From: Tubiluchus corallicola
Lineage: Eukaryota; Animalia; Priapulida
Assembly: GCA_030141605.1 (NCBI GenBank)
Contig: JAQGDQ010000815.1
Coordinates: 28,682 to 92,681, forward strand
DNA length: 64,000 nucleotides
Direction of reading: 5' to 3'
Below the pieces are notes generated by a model. That model had not been told where the DNA came from, searched no databases, and worked only from the letters and a program-made list of their open reading frames with translations. The translations under genes and the position numbers were made by a program. This document shows, piece after piece, positions 1 through 14,400 of the stretch. Numbering within the stretch: the first letter of the stretch is position 1; the number at the start of each line of letters is the position of its first letter.

Positions 1-529
1 CTATCCCTAATCTTACTATTTTTTCCATTCCATCATGTCTAGTAACCCTAACCATTCTTTCATTCACTCATCCTCTCCTCTTTTCCTTCTTCCTGTTCCT
101 AATCTTACTATTTTTCCATTCCATCATGTCTACTAACCCTAACCATTCTTTCATTCACTCATTCTCTCCTCCCTTCCTTCTTCCTATCCCTAATCTTGCT
201 ATTTTTTCCATTCCATCATGTCTACCAACCCTAACCATTCTTTCATTCACTCATCCTCTCCTCTTTTCCTTCTTCCTGTTCCTAATCTTACTATTTTTCC
301 ATTCCATCATGTTTACTAACCCTAACCATTCTTTCATTCACTCATCCTCCCCTCCCTTCCTTCTTCCTATCCCTAATCTTGCTATTTTTTCCATTCCATC
401 ATGTCTACCAACCCTAACCATTCTTTCATTCACTCATCCTCCCCTCCCTTCCTTCTTCCACTCCCTAATCTTACTATTTTTTCCATTCCATCATGTCTAG
501 TAACCCTAACCATTCTTTCATTCACTCAT
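1..529. repeat. Pyrimidine-rich tandem repeat, ~91-92 bp unit, ~6 copies (truncated by window edge)
   Basis: Recurrent ctatccctaatcttactattttttccattccatcatgtct...aaccctaaccattctttcattcactcat, with units starting at 1, 93, 184 and onward. Confidence 0.95.
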
Positions 530-1269
530 TTGTGCTACCTTAACAAGCCAAGCTTTCAAGGTGTCATACAGCAACTCTTTTATTTGGTTAAATTGACTTC
601 ATCAACGTTTTTTTACCTATACTGTTTCTTTTTGTTTCAATAATATTGTATGTTGATGTATTGTACATGTATTGCTGGAGTGAAATAAATTGATTGACTG
701 AAAGACTGAATTATCCACAGTCTCTGTGAAATGAAGACTTCCGCAGGATGTGGGTAATGTAAACTTCTAGCTAGCAAGTAATTCTCTGTTTAAATAACTC
801 ATTGCGGAATTGATATTTCAACATTGGAAAGTGACTGTGTGACGTTATGCTTAATTAGGACACGCCGTCTCATCTGTTATAAATTTTCCTTTCGTTTTGA
901 AACAGTCAGCTGACGGCTCCCACCCACCCGATCAATGCGCTGACTGTGCGGAACTCGCGGCCGGTAAAATTCCGTGACGTCATGCCATGCGCAAAGGTAG
1001 TTTTCCATTCTGAAGGCATGGCAACAGGAGGCTGAGGATTTCGGGGGGAAATTTTATCTCTGCGCTCAGCTGCTGAGGCTGAGGCTAAAGCCGGGTTTTA
1101 TCGCGTGGGCACAGATTTCGTTCAATTTTCGATAACAAACGATTGGCTTCGTTAAATATTTAGATTTTTCTTCACACGTTTTTCTCAAATGCGAAGTGGA
1201 TATTTTTAAGCGTCTCTGTCACAAACGGCCACGTTTGGTTTGCAACGTTCGTCGAAGGTTTGCTAAATA

Positions 1270-2030
1270 AAACCAAATCGGTTGGAAAAAGTCTGATTCG
1301 TTTTCTGATTCGATAATAATATGTTTTCAAAGTTATGTGTTTTTGTTTAAGGGACAAGAAAGGGGGCACCTGAAGTAGCTTTGAGAAAAATCGCTTTAAA
1401 AAATTATATGACTTTACAGCAATTTTATGCACATATCGTATTCGCTTCGAAAAGAATACCCGTTTGTTTTCATTTTAAATCTCCAGCAATACTGTTCCTA
1501 CGGCGCCATTACGTGACGTCACTTCGTCACGTAAATCACGGGAAGAAAAGGAAATGTTAAATTATGACCCAAAAAACTTTCTGTGCAAGTCTATATTACT
1601 TAGCATTTCACTTACCTGCTGCAAAGACTTATGTAACTAAGAAATAATAATTTAAAATTTTTGTGCAAATTGGTAAAATGTCGCTGACTCAACCGCCAGG
1701 GTGCGCCACTCACTAGCCAAAAATGTATTTTTAATCTTATTGACAAGATACAGTAATTTAAAATTTTACTTAATTAGCAACATGTATGCTACGAATGCTC
1801 TGATTATTTTTTAAAGCTTGTTATCTAAACTCTTCCAAATGACTTACCTTCAAAATGGCTACGCCCAACGGTCTTGACGAGAGTTTAAGTTACAGCGTTT
1901 TATAAGGCGTTGCTACTAATGCAACCACTGTATGCAATAAGACAGTATGTAAACGATATAAAATTTCAAAACGAATTTTTAAGCTTAATTTAGGAAGAGA
2001 ATTTTCTTGTCCTTCGACTTGAAGCTCTTG
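1270..2030. mobile_element. Dispersed repeat family A (unclassified); other copies ~3530-3660, 5340-6100, 7730-8490, inverted at 7535-7692, 9895-10395 and 23075-23300
   Basis: Shared blocks such as ggacaagaaa..gaagtag..gaaaaatcgc, tgacgtcact..cgtaaatc..gaagaaaaggaaatgttaaattatg and acaagatacagtaatttaaaattttactt. Confidence 0.8.
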
Positions 2031-3705
2031 GAGAAAAGTACTCGGCGAGGTATTTACATTACGTACAAAAAGCTTGTGTAAACATTAGTTTAAGAATATT
2101 TTTATTGAATAAGAAACATTGCAATATTGCTTGAACAGAAAGATGTTGAACAGAATGTGTAAATATTGCCTGTACAACGAAGAGAAATACTAAAAAATAC
2201 TTTGTCAACAAAGCCAGTATTTTTTTGGCTCTGGCGTACGTGCAAAATTTCGGTTCTACCTACCTATTTCATTGGTTCCATTAATTTATTTTATTAGGAC
2301 CAGCTGTTAAAGCCGTAAATAAACTTCCATGCGCCAGTACACCTCGCTGCTAACTACGAAAATGAAATTTTATGCATTTGATGATAGCAATAAAGCCATT
2401 TAACAACTGCTAAAGAATTAACATGTGTGTGCGAGGCTGCCTTGCTAAGACTTCTGTTGAGATTGTAACTGTGTCGCTTGTTGTACCGAGTACGCGATTG
2501 TAGTATGATGTAACCCATTTAATTGTCAGTTTACTACACTATGGTACTGAATTAGTCTATGCTGCCATCTACAGTCGTTGTTTTACTCTAATTATACAAA
2601 GTCTGTCAGAGATTGATTTTTGTTTCTAAATATTCTAAATATTATTTCCTTTTGCTTTGATAGATGTTCATTAATCAGAGTAATTAGATTGTTAATTTCA
2701 TGCTTTAATTCTGGTTCTAACTCTCTTATTCAAGTTTAAATAGAGGAAAAATTGTAACATTATAACACAGCTTTCTGTAAACCAATAATCTTTATTCTGC
2801 TATCAAAGAAGCCAAGTAGACTTTGATTTTGGTTTAACTAGTAGAGTTAGGTGACCTTTCCATTTATGGCCTGTATGCATGAATGTGATGTACCTTCAAA
2901 TAGGAACTTGTATGTCTGGTCATGTGATTACAGCTTTATTCTCTCAGACATGCAAGTTTCAGTTGATCTAGAGACAACATTGAGAAAGGATGCAAATTTT
3001 CTACTGTTAAATATCGTATTGCTAACTTTATGACTGTTTGTTCAATATTATGGTCTGTGAACATTGTGTACGTTTTACAATAAAATGATTGCAAATTTCT
3101 GCAAACTGTGTTCATTGTAAAAACCTGCTTGTCTAGTTAATGATACCTTAATTGATCATAATCTCATCACTACTTGGTAAAAATAACTTTTTTTCTCCAA
3201 TCTTTTTACAACTTTTCCTACTTAGGAGGTTTGATGAGATGCTAACATGGGTAAATTTTCAGCAAGATTAAGCTTTGGGAACACGAGTTTCCACTCATCT
3301 TAAGATTTCGGAATGATGCTCATTTGTGTAGTAATTTGACAAACTTTAAAAAAACTGATACATGCACTCCACTGAGCTAGCAATTTTCTCTGGTAGTTTG
3401 CAATGATTAATAGTTATCGTACAAAGAACTGTGACAGTTTTGCATGATAGGAAGTTGTATCTGCAAAATTTAAAAATGTGTGTATTTTATCCATATATAT
3501 ATATATATATATATATCCATGTATTTTATCCCTAAGCTAAAAATAATAGTTTAAAGTATTCATGCCAATAGGTAAATGTCACCGACTCAACTCCAGGGTG
3601 CGCCTGGAGATACAGTAATTTAAGATTTTACTTAATTAGCAACATGCCATATGTTAACTAATGCTTTTAAAATTACGCCTATATGCATTTTTCAAAAAGC
3701 TGCCG

Positions 3706-4090
3706 CATTGAAATGTAAGCCCCTGTGTTCTAAAAACAGTAACACTACCTTGCATTGTTTGTTTGGCATTGTGATTTCTTTATAATATCACTTGAAAATG
3801 TTCACATACATATAGACATACACGTATGCATATATACATACATATATACATGTATATATGTATGTATATATGCATACGTGTATGTATATATGTATGTGAA
3901 CATTTTCAAGTGATATTATAAAGAAATCACAATGCCAAACAAACAATACACGTATGCATATATATGCACGTATATATATATATGTATGTGAACATTTTCA
4001 ACTGATATTATAAAGAAATCACGATGTCAAATAAACAATGCAAGGTAGTGTTATAGTTTTTTAGAACAAATAGGGGCTTACATTTCAATG
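3706..4090. repeat. Long palindrome: 97-bp arms 3754-3850 / 3851-3947 with no spacer, plus an outer inverted arm to 4090
   Basis: Direct reverse-complement reading around the centre tataca|tgtata; one mismatch seen. Confidence 0.92.
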
Positions 4091-4101
4091 TCTATATATA
4101 C

Positions 4102-4136
<35 letters not shown>

Positions 4137-4925
4137 CGTGCGTGTGTGTGTGCGTGCGTGCGTGTGCGTGTGTATCATTTATTCGTACTTGTGGTACGAA
4201 TCAACGAGCAAAATAGCATTAATTAATTAACTCATACTCCCTCGTATTCCCAGCTAATTACGTAAACTGCTCTTTTATCAATAATTTTCTTAATACATTA
4301 TTATTAACACACATGTATTATACCGAATACCACTTACATATTTACTAATCTTACTTCCAAGTTCGGATGTATTCATTTTTGACATAACTTGTAAAGTTTT
4401 TACGCTGCTGTGACTTAAATTTAGCCAAATTGCCCTGCAGTCAGAGGGATTTTGTAACGTAAACAAAATGTAAAAAAATTTATTCATTTATTTTGCTAAA
4501 ATTGCTTTACAAGTGTTATGTATGTAAACATAAGCTCTCGTAATTTTGAGTACCTAGTTTTCTGTTTTAGTAAACATAGTACGTACAGTTGTAATACTAA
4601 TTATTATAATTCTCTGGTATTTGTTACATTTAAACTGTGTTTCATTGCTATTAAGAATTGCTGTTATATTCTGAATTTAAGACCAGTTTTTGTTTGTGAA
4701 GATTTGAATGTTCTGTAAAGAGATGCTAGCAGTTGTACGAAATGCACTGTATCAGCACAAGGTGGTTCATTCCTCACTATGGGCGTTTTCTTTCGCCGTG
4801 CTGATTCTGCCTGTTTACCTCGTTGAGGGAGGACATATTACTTTTCAGAATGTTTATGTTCTAGTGCCGGTACACTCACCCGTATAGATTTTTGATAACT
4901 AATCACACAATTTTTCTTTTTCTAG

Positions 4926-5064
4926 GTCAGAATGCTTGTGAGAAGAGGTCGTACCTCTTCTTGCGGAAAGAGCTACCCGTACGGCTTGCTAACATCATGA
5001 AGGAGTTCAACTTGTTGCCTGCGTATGTGTTACGAATGCCCTCCGTGGAAACAGTGCGCAGCTG
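4926..5064 (+). CDS. PDK: PDK exon ([28 protein letters not shown]...RSW)
   Basis: Boundaries ttctag|GT ... TG|gtacgt; conserved PDK N-terminal domain. Confidence 0.93.
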
Positions 5065-8000
5065 GTACGTCAAAATTACTCATTTTGCTGTTGAGTCATG
5101 TCGCCGAGTAGATAAGTGACTCAGTCATGTTACTGAGTAGCTTGTATTGTTTGTGTATTTGTTTTACCGGGCTTGGATATACTGTGTTAAGAGTACATCG
5201 AACGTATGTACGAATGTACCCGGAGTCACATGACTTTCTGGGGCCCCTAGACTAATGAAATTATGTACACCCCTCTCACACAGAGTCACCCTCTGACTCG
5301 CCTCCACCCGTCTTGAATATTTTTTAATCTCGACATTTTCATAGCTTGAAGTAAACTAAAATAGCTTACTAAAATTACTAAAAAAACTAAAATAGCTATG
5401 TTTTGTTTTTTGATAAAAACATCCTTTAAAGGACAAGAAAAGACGTACCAGAAGTAGGTTTCAGAAAAATCGCCTTAAAAAATTGTATGACTTTATAGCA
5501 ATTTTTATGCGCATGTCATACTCGCATTGAAACAAATTTTCGTTTGTTTCCATTTTAAATCTCCCGCGCTACTGTTCCGAAATCGCCATTACATGACGTC
5601 ACTACGCAAACGTAAATCCGGGGAAGAAAAGGCAATGTTAAATTATGTCCCAGAAAACTTTCCGTGCAATTCTATATTACTTAGCATTTCGCTTACCTGC
5701 TTGAGAAACTTATGTAACTAGAAAAGAAAATTTTTAATTATTTAAAATATTTTCACCAATTGGTAAAATGTTGCTGTTTCACCCTCCAGGGTGCACCACC
5801 CACTAACCAAAAACGTATTTTTAATCTTATTCACAAGATACAGTAATTTAAAATTTTACTTGCTTAGTGACGTACATTACGAATGTTCTGATTATTTTTT
5901 CAAACTTTACACAGTGTTATCTAAACTTGTTTTAAATGACCTGTCGTCAAAATGGCTGCGTCTAACGGTCATCGCGGGAGTTTAAATTTACATGTTTTAT
6001 ACAGCGTGACTGCTGATTGAAGTCCTGTATGTAAAAAGGCAGTATGTAAGTGGTATAAAATTTCAAGACGAATTTTTTAAGCTTTACGTTGATGAAGGGT
6101 TTTCTTGTGCTTTAAGAAATACCACTATTTTACTATTTACAGCAAACTAAACACACATTTCAACAGTGTAGTGAAAAAACAGATTTTTGTGCCAAATGTT
6201 ACGAAAGCTCTCGGGCCCCAAAACTTGAGTTTGAATCCTATACAAGCCTTTGGGATAATTGGACCCTGGATATGCTGCATGCTTTCCAGAAATAATGCAG
6301 CTGCTAAATTTTGGTTTATTGAAAATCTTAGTTGATAGGGAAATAATAGAGTAATCTCGAATCTTGCTGTCAGTGAGTTCGGAAGTACGGTTTCAGTTAC
6401 TGTATCTTGTTTCAAACGAAAATTGCTATTTGTTTTACAAAGACGTTTTCGTTTCTTATTCGCGCGTTTTTAGATCTTAAACAAATCGAAAACGATGTTT
6501 CATCTGACAGTTTTCTCAATATCCTGTTCGTTTTCGTTTCTTTGTTAGCCGGAAACATGCTGCTGCACGTTTTGCATTTTGAAACTGTTGCGTGTAAAAA
6601 AAACTAGTCTGCGTTGAATGAGTTGTACACGTGTTTTAATTTGAATTTATTGTGAATAAGTTGAGCAGATGCAGGGCCTATTTCAGCCTAGGCGAGGCCC
6701 GGGGAAGTGGGGCGTGTGAGGCCCCATCGGGTTGGTTAGCGGCGAAGCGCCGGCGGCGGGTGCCACCATGGTTGGCGCCCAGAAAATTTTTGAACTGCTA
6801 GAACGCCGGAGAAGCATTTTCCAAGAGAAAATATGGAGTTATACAGTTGTTAAAGGAAAGAACATTTGAAAGAAAAACTGTTTTATTCTCAAGATCAGCT
6901 CTTAATACTTGTCAATACTGGCAAACGGCGCGCGTGCGGCAAGAGAAAGAGAGGGAGAGAGGAGGCAGTGTGTTCGTATAAAGCAAAAAAATGTTACCTT
7001 GGCGCGAGGCCCCCCAGGAGGGTGAGGCCCCGGGGATGTATCCCCACTTCACCCCCTTGAAATGGGCCCTGAGCAGATGCACAATTCACCTATGCTGCAG
7101 TTACGCCCCGTATAGCCAGCATCGCAGATGCAGGTGTAGTTATTAATTTCAACCTGGCAGCTACCATTAACACAAGGGTTAGTAAAACAATCGCCAGGAT
7201 CTATAAGAAAATAAAAAGTAACCTTTACTGCTTGTCATACTAAAACTACATTTACTGCTGCATCGGTACTGCATCTAGAATTTCTTTGGAATAGATTGAC
7301 TAGATGCATCAATTTACCTATCTCACAGTTGCGTCCTGTGTAGCCAGGAATTGCATAAGCAAGTGTAGTTATTAACTTCATCTTGGCAGTAACCATTAAC
7401 ACAAGGTGGGGGGTTCAGGTAAGCAATCATCAATATCTGTGGCACAAAATTATGAAGGTAAAACAAAAATAATAATTAGCTGTTAGGCCAAAACAGCATT
7501 TACTTTCAATCTATATTTGAATTAAGTCATTTGAAATAAGTTTAGATAACATTCTGTAAAGTTTGAAAAAAAATTATCAGAGCATTCGTAACGCACATGC
7601 AACTAACTAAGTGAAATTTTAAATTACTGTATCTTGTCAATAAGATTAAAAATACGTTTTCGATTAGTGAGTCGCTCACCCTGGAGGGTGAGCCTCCACC
7701 CGTCTTGAATATTTTTTAAATCTCGACATTTTCATAGCTTGAAGTAAACTAAAATAGCTTACTAAAATTACTAAAAAACTGAAATAGCTATGTTTTGTTT
7801 TTCGATAAAAACGTCCTTTAAAGGACAAGAAAAGGGGCACCTGAAGTAGGTTTCAGAAAAATCGCCTTAAAAATTTGTTACTTTATAGCAATTTTATGCG
7901 TATGTCATACTCGCATTGAAAGAAATTTTCGTTTGTTTTCATTATAAATCTCTCGCAATACTTTTCCGACCGCGCCATTACATGACGTCACTACGCAAAC

Positions 8001-11000
8001 GTAAATCAGGAGAAGAAAAGGAAATGTTAAATTATGTCCCAGAAAACTTTCCGTGCAAATCTATATTACTTAGCATTTCGCTTACCTGCTAGAGAGAGTT
8101 ATGTAACTAGCAAAGAAAATTTTTAATTATTTAAAATATTTTCACCAATTGGTAAAATGTTGCTGTTTCACCCTCCAGGGTGCACCACCCACTAACCAAA
8201 CACGTATTTGTAATCTTATTCACAAGATACAGTAATTAAAAATTTTGCTCGCTTAGTGACGTGCATTTTTCTGATTATTTTTTCAGACTTTACACAATGT
8301 TATCTAAACTTGTTTTAAATGACCTGTCATCAAAATGGCTGCGTCTAACGGTCATCGCGGGAGTTTAAATTTACATGTTTTATACAGCGTGACTGCTGAT
8401 TGAAGTCCTGTATGTAAAAAGGCAGTATGTAAGTGGTATAAAATTTCAAGACGAATTTTTTAAGCTTTACGTTGATGAAGGGTTTTCTTGTGCTTTAAGA
8501 AATACCACTATTTTACTATTTACAGCAAACTAAACACACATTTCAACTGTGTGGTGAAAAAACAGATTTTTGTGCCAAATGTTACGAAAGCTCTCGGGCC
8601 CCAAAACTTGAGTTTGAATCCTATACAAGCCTTTGGGATAATTGGACCCTGGATATACTGCATGCTTTCCTGAAATATTGCAGCTGTTCAATTTTGGTTT
8701 ATTGAAAATCTTAGTTGATAGGGAAATAATAGAGTAATCTCGAATCTTGCTGTCAGTGAGTTCGGAAGTACGGTTTCACTTACTGTATCTTGTTTCAAAC
8801 GAAAATTGCTATTTGTTTTACAAAGGCGTTTTCGTTTCCTTATTCACGCGTTTTTAGATGTTAAACAAATTGAAAACGATGTTTCATCTGACAGTTTTCT
8901 CAATATCCTGTTCGTTTTCGTTTCTTTGTTAGCCGGAAACATGCTGCTGTACATTTTGCATTTTGAAACTGTTGCGTGTAAAAAAACTAGTCTGCGTTGA
9001 ATGAGTTGTACACGTGTTTTAATTAGAATTTATTGTGAATAAGTTGAGCAGATGCAGGGCCTATTTCAGCCTAGGCGAGGCCCGGGGAAGTGGGGCGTGT
9101 GAGGCCCCATCGGGTTGGTTAGCGGCGAAGCGCCGGGGGCGGGTGCCACCATGGTTGGCGCCCAGAAAATTTTTGAACTGCTAGAACGCCGGAGAAGCAT
9201 TTTCCAAGAGAAAATATGGAGTTATACAGTTGTTAAAGGAAAGAACATTTGAAAGAAAAACTGTTTTATTCTCAAGATCAGCCCTTAATACTTGTCAATA
9301 CTGGCAAACGGCGCGCGTGCGGCAAGAGAAAGAGAGGGAGAGAGGAGGCAGTGTGTTCGTATAAAGCAAAAAAATGTTACCTTGGCGCGAGGCCCCCCAG
9401 GAGGGTGAGGCCCCGGGGATGTATCCCCACTTCACCCCCTTGAAATAGGCCCTGAGCAGATGCACAATTCACCTATGCTGCAGTTACGCCCCGTATAGCC
9501 AGCATCACAGATGCAGGTGTAGTTATTAATTTCAACCTGGCAGCTACCATTAACACAAGGGTTAGTAAAACAATCGCCAGGATCTATAAGAAAATAAAAA
9601 GTAACCTTTACTGCTTGTCATACTAAAACTACATTTACTGCTGCATCGGTACTGCATCTAGAATTTCTTTGGAATAGATTGACTAGATGCATCAATTTAC
9701 CTATCTCACAGTTGCGTCCTGTGTAGCCAGGAATTACATATGCAAGTGTAGTTATTAACTTCATCTTGGCAGTAACCATTAACACAAGGTGGGGGGTTCA
9801 GGTAAGCAATCATCAATATCTGTGGCACAAAATTATGAAGGTAAAACAAAAATAATAATTAGCTGTTAGGCCAAAACAGCATTTACTTTCAATCTATATT
9901 TGAAATAAGTTTAGATAACATTCTGTAAAGTTTGAAAAAAACAATCAGAGCATGCGTAACGCACATGCAACTAACTAAGTGAAATTTAAAATTACTGTAC
10001 CTTGTCAATAAGATTAAAAATACGTTTTCGGTTAGTGAGTGCACACCCTGGAGGGTGAGTCAGCGACATTTTACCAATTGGTGAAAGCATTTTAAATCAT
10101 TAATAGTTTTTACATAAGTCTTTCAAGCAGGTAAGCGAAATGCTAGGCAACATAACTTTGCATGGAAAGTTTTTTTGGGACATAATTTAACATTTCAGTT
10201 TCTTCCCCTGATTTACGTTGTGCTTATATGACGTCATGTAATGGCGCCGTACTGCAGAAGATTTAAAATAAAAACAAACAGAAAATTCCTTCAGCACGAG
10301 TACGACAAACGCATAAAGTTGCTATAAAGTAGTATAATCTTTTAAGGCGATTTTTCCGAAACCTACTTCAGGTATCCCATTTCTTGTCCTTCAAAACTGA
10401 ATGATTATTGATTACAATTACGTAAGGAAGTATACAGTAAACTGTCATCGTTGCTATCGTTACACAAACTACTTCCGATACGCTCCACTTCAAATAGAAC
10501 AGCACGACAATATCGATTTAAACAAGTGAACGTCTTGAATCACAGATTCTGTACTAGTATGGCTGCTGTGCAGTTCATTAAGTGAGATCTAAATTTTTCA
10601 TGAGTTAAATGGAGTTTGTCGTTTATTAACTGCGTGACAAACATTTTTCAAAACTATCTGCAGGAATTGACGAGTTTACTTGTTAGCTACCATTTACTTT
10701 AGTCTTTAAATTTTCAGATTATTTCCATTACTTTTTTTTCTTTCACTGTATGGGACAATCTAACAAGCCCTGCTTTTTGATTGCCCGCAACACATTAACA
10801 TTGATATATAGGTAAACAGTGTGTGAGGCTTTTCTTGTGCAGAAACAATAAAAGCTTATTTGTATTGTGTTCATTGTAGGCCCTTTCACTAGATTTTGTA
10901 CATGAAATTATTGTAAATGTGTAATGTGAAATAAATGGTTTATGACTATGGCCATTTCAAATACGAACTTTCTTTGTTACATTTATTTTCACTGCGCCAT

Positions 11001-11404
11001 TTCTTACAGTAACGTCTTCATTGATGAGTGAATAAATTTTAACTAAACCCGTTTATAATGTGTGTTTCAAAAATATAACCTCTGACAGTTTTATGACCCT
11101 GGTTGCAAATATGTAGCAGGTGCTGTATTAAATAACTGCCGCGGCCTTGACATATGCACAGCTTTGAATTCTCGCTGAAGTGAAAGTGTTAACTATTTAC
11201 GTTTTAGCTGGGGCAGGGTGACCCGTGTTATGTAAAGTGCTGCGCATGCGTACTGCGCGATTTTTCAACAGGTCGATTAAACGGTTAAATCAATTTTGGT
11301 GGTTGAATTGAAGTAAGTCATGCGCGGTAGTGACGTAGCTAATGGGGGGGAGCAAGCGGAACAACCGCTCCCCCAAGCAGATTTTTCACATTTGGCCCTT
11401 TCAA

Positions 11405-11436
<32 letters not shown>

Positions 11437-14400
11437 ACTGTTTCAACAATTGCAGTTTTGTCATGATACATTTTTCATAATGCTTCATTTTGTTTTCATT
11501 TTAAATTTATAATTAAAATTTTAAGTAGCACACGTTTTTATTATGTTTTAAGACTTGGGAGCTTACTGTAAAAATTTATATTTTGTAAATTTTAATTTAA
11601 ATATGAAGTAACAATAATTATGTACTTCCTTTAAAACTGTATCTTCCTCGTGTTTTGTTTTTAAACACAAAATTAAAATGCATGAACAATGCGTTAAAAA
11701 TTGTTTTTGGTGTTTGTGTCACTGCGCCTGTTTATGTGCTTGCTCCCCCTAACTTTAGAACCTGGCTACGCCCCGGTCACAGCGTCTTTTTTATGTGCTT
11801 GCTCCCCCTAACTTTATAACCTGGCTACGCCCCAGTCACAGTGTCTTTTTTATGTGCTTACTTCCCCTAACTTTAGAACCTGGCTACGCCCCTGACACAG
11901 CATCTTTTTTATGTGCTTACTCCCCCTAACTTTAGAACCTGGTTATGGCCCTGATGCAAGATGTCATGAAAACTGATTTGATGTCTTTGGATGCTATCAT
12001 GTAACAGTGGTGCGAATGAGTAGTCCTTCACTTATTAAATTTTTGAACTATCATTATAATCTTTAAAAAAAGAAAATGAAAATAAAAGCGAGCTGCATTT
12101 GGATTTGAACCTGGGACTTTCCGACTGTAAGTCCAAAGCTATAATCCGTCAATCCTTAGTAATCGACTTATTGGTCTAATGATCAAGTGTCTAAGTCCAC
12201 ATCAACATGGCCAACAGACCGTAAAATAAATCTACCTTGGTCGAAAAAATGTGTGTGGTCTTGATTTTTGACTTGTAATTCAAAGGTAGCTGGTTCGTAT
12301 TCAAACTCTAACCCGACTTTTAACATTTCTATCCTATTATAGTTGTTTCTTTTTTCAAAATACATATTAGTGGTATGTGTATCATGGATAATGGGACAAA
12401 ATTTAGTACTTTCTCACTGGTGTACGGTATATCTCGTGTGCTCTATCTATAGTTTCGAATGCCAATTTCTACAAATTAGTATTTTTTGTGCACATATTCA
12501 CAGTTTCTTAAAGTTCAGTACTAATTATTAATTAAGTTGGCTAATTAATACTGCAGTACTTCTGCTTAAAATGTGGCACAGGTATTATTTTCATCAGCGA
12601 TGCATTTTTGAGTTACATTTAAAAATCTTTTCCAGGTATGTGCAAAGTTTTATGGATATTATCGAATTTGAAGACATACAAGAAGACCGTGACAGCGACT
12701 TGGGAAGGTAAGCTTCTCTCTCAAGCCCCAGTTACGAACTTGAGGTCATAGGTCACCTGTCATAGGCCACCTGTCTCTTAAAAGATACTCATTAAAACAC
12801 TGAGAAGTGAATGGCTTATAATTATATGTTTAATGTCCCAATCACCTAATTAGCTCAAATCCTAATCACAAAAGCTCATAAAGGAAAGCTCTTAAACCCA
12901 CTATGGAACTAACTCTGTAATCAAACAAGCAATTCTACTTTGGAATTCTCTACCATTACAGGATAAACAAATCAAGTCCCTATCAGCATTAAACTAAAAT
13001 CATTAATATTAACCAGATATGAAATACCATCACACTAGCACGACAACATGCACACTAATTCAGAATTTATATATCCACGGCCATAATTATTAAATCATAA
13101 TTTTTAATTTTTTTTTGTGAATAGTTGTAAATATGTTTGATTTTATTCGTCGTTACTTTCCATTACTGCACAGTAGTTTAGATTGCACTGACGCATTTGC
13201 CTTTAGCAGTGTAAGTTTTTATTAACTAACACTGATTGATCATCTCTGTAAAGTGATTATCAATGTATTTTAATGGCAAATAAAGATTATATATATATAA
13301 AGATTAGCATACATCATTATTCATTTTCAAATACAGTATTGTCCGCATAACTCAAATCCAACCGAACCGAAAAAACTTTGAGTAAGACGATATTTTGAGT
13401 TAGGCAACGTTGACCATGTTTTAGCATAGAAACTGTACACCTCTCCTCCAGATGGCGAGCTAAATAGAAGGCAGAAAGTCAACACTTCTACACATGAACG
13501 ATTTGATGACAATTACATGAAGAACAACAAATTATACAGTGAAACACCATTTTTTATGTTACAGAAAGACACGTACACAACACTGTTAAACATTATGACA
13601 ATGGGCTACCAACATCTTACATACTGTAGTTCAGTTCAATTATTTATACACATTTTTGAGTTAAGTGAAGTAAATTATGTGTATTTTCATTGAATGGACC
13701 TTAATTTTTTATTTGAGTTAGGCAAAATTTCGAGTTATATATTTTGAGTTTAGCGATGTTTTTTGTGGGAAAAACGAAGGATTTCATCCGTTCCTCTCAA
13801 ATTCTTTAAGTCAGGTGGAAATTTGAGTTACGCGGAGTTTACTGTACATCAATAATTTTTCAAGTATTCCATTCAAAAGTAATCAATTAGCACTATTCAA
13901 AAATCCAGAATTAAGGGCCAGAACATTTAATTTGAAACAAACTAGAACAAATACATTCACTTTGTAAACTATTCAATAGTAAAAAACGCCGTCCAGCTCA
14001 GGAATTCTCTGCCAGTCAAAACCAAACGTAGTAAAACATTAACCCAGTGGTTCCCAAAGTAGGGGTAAATTACCCCCCGGGGGTAATATGGTTTTTTTGG
14101 GGGGGTAACGGGCACCCCTCTGAAAATTTTTAAAACTTCGCTCGGAATGCATTTTACGTAGTTTTCTTCTTGAAGAGACTGCCTCCGGCAGGCAACACTG
14201 TGTCATGGGGTCCATCATTCGCACGTTCCCACAATCTCTGGTGCGATCCTGGGGAGAAGTAGTACTAGGTGGGGGGGTAATGGACACGACCGGGTTTCCC
14301 GATTTGGGTAACGGTCCGAGAAAGTTTGGGAACCACTGCATTAACCGCATTCAAAAGCAAAACAAAAGCATCAATGATGTCAAAGATTTGAATTAATCTA

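Noticed and set aside
126-643. ORFs 126..500 and 401..643; telomere-like AACCCT motifs
   Set aside because: The ORFs derive from the ~91-bp tandem repeat, and there is only one aaccctaacc per unit rather than a telomeric tract.
12090-12320. tRNA-like fragments (also ~50545-50595)
   Set aside because: Only degenerate B-box-like motifs are present; likely decayed SINE heads.
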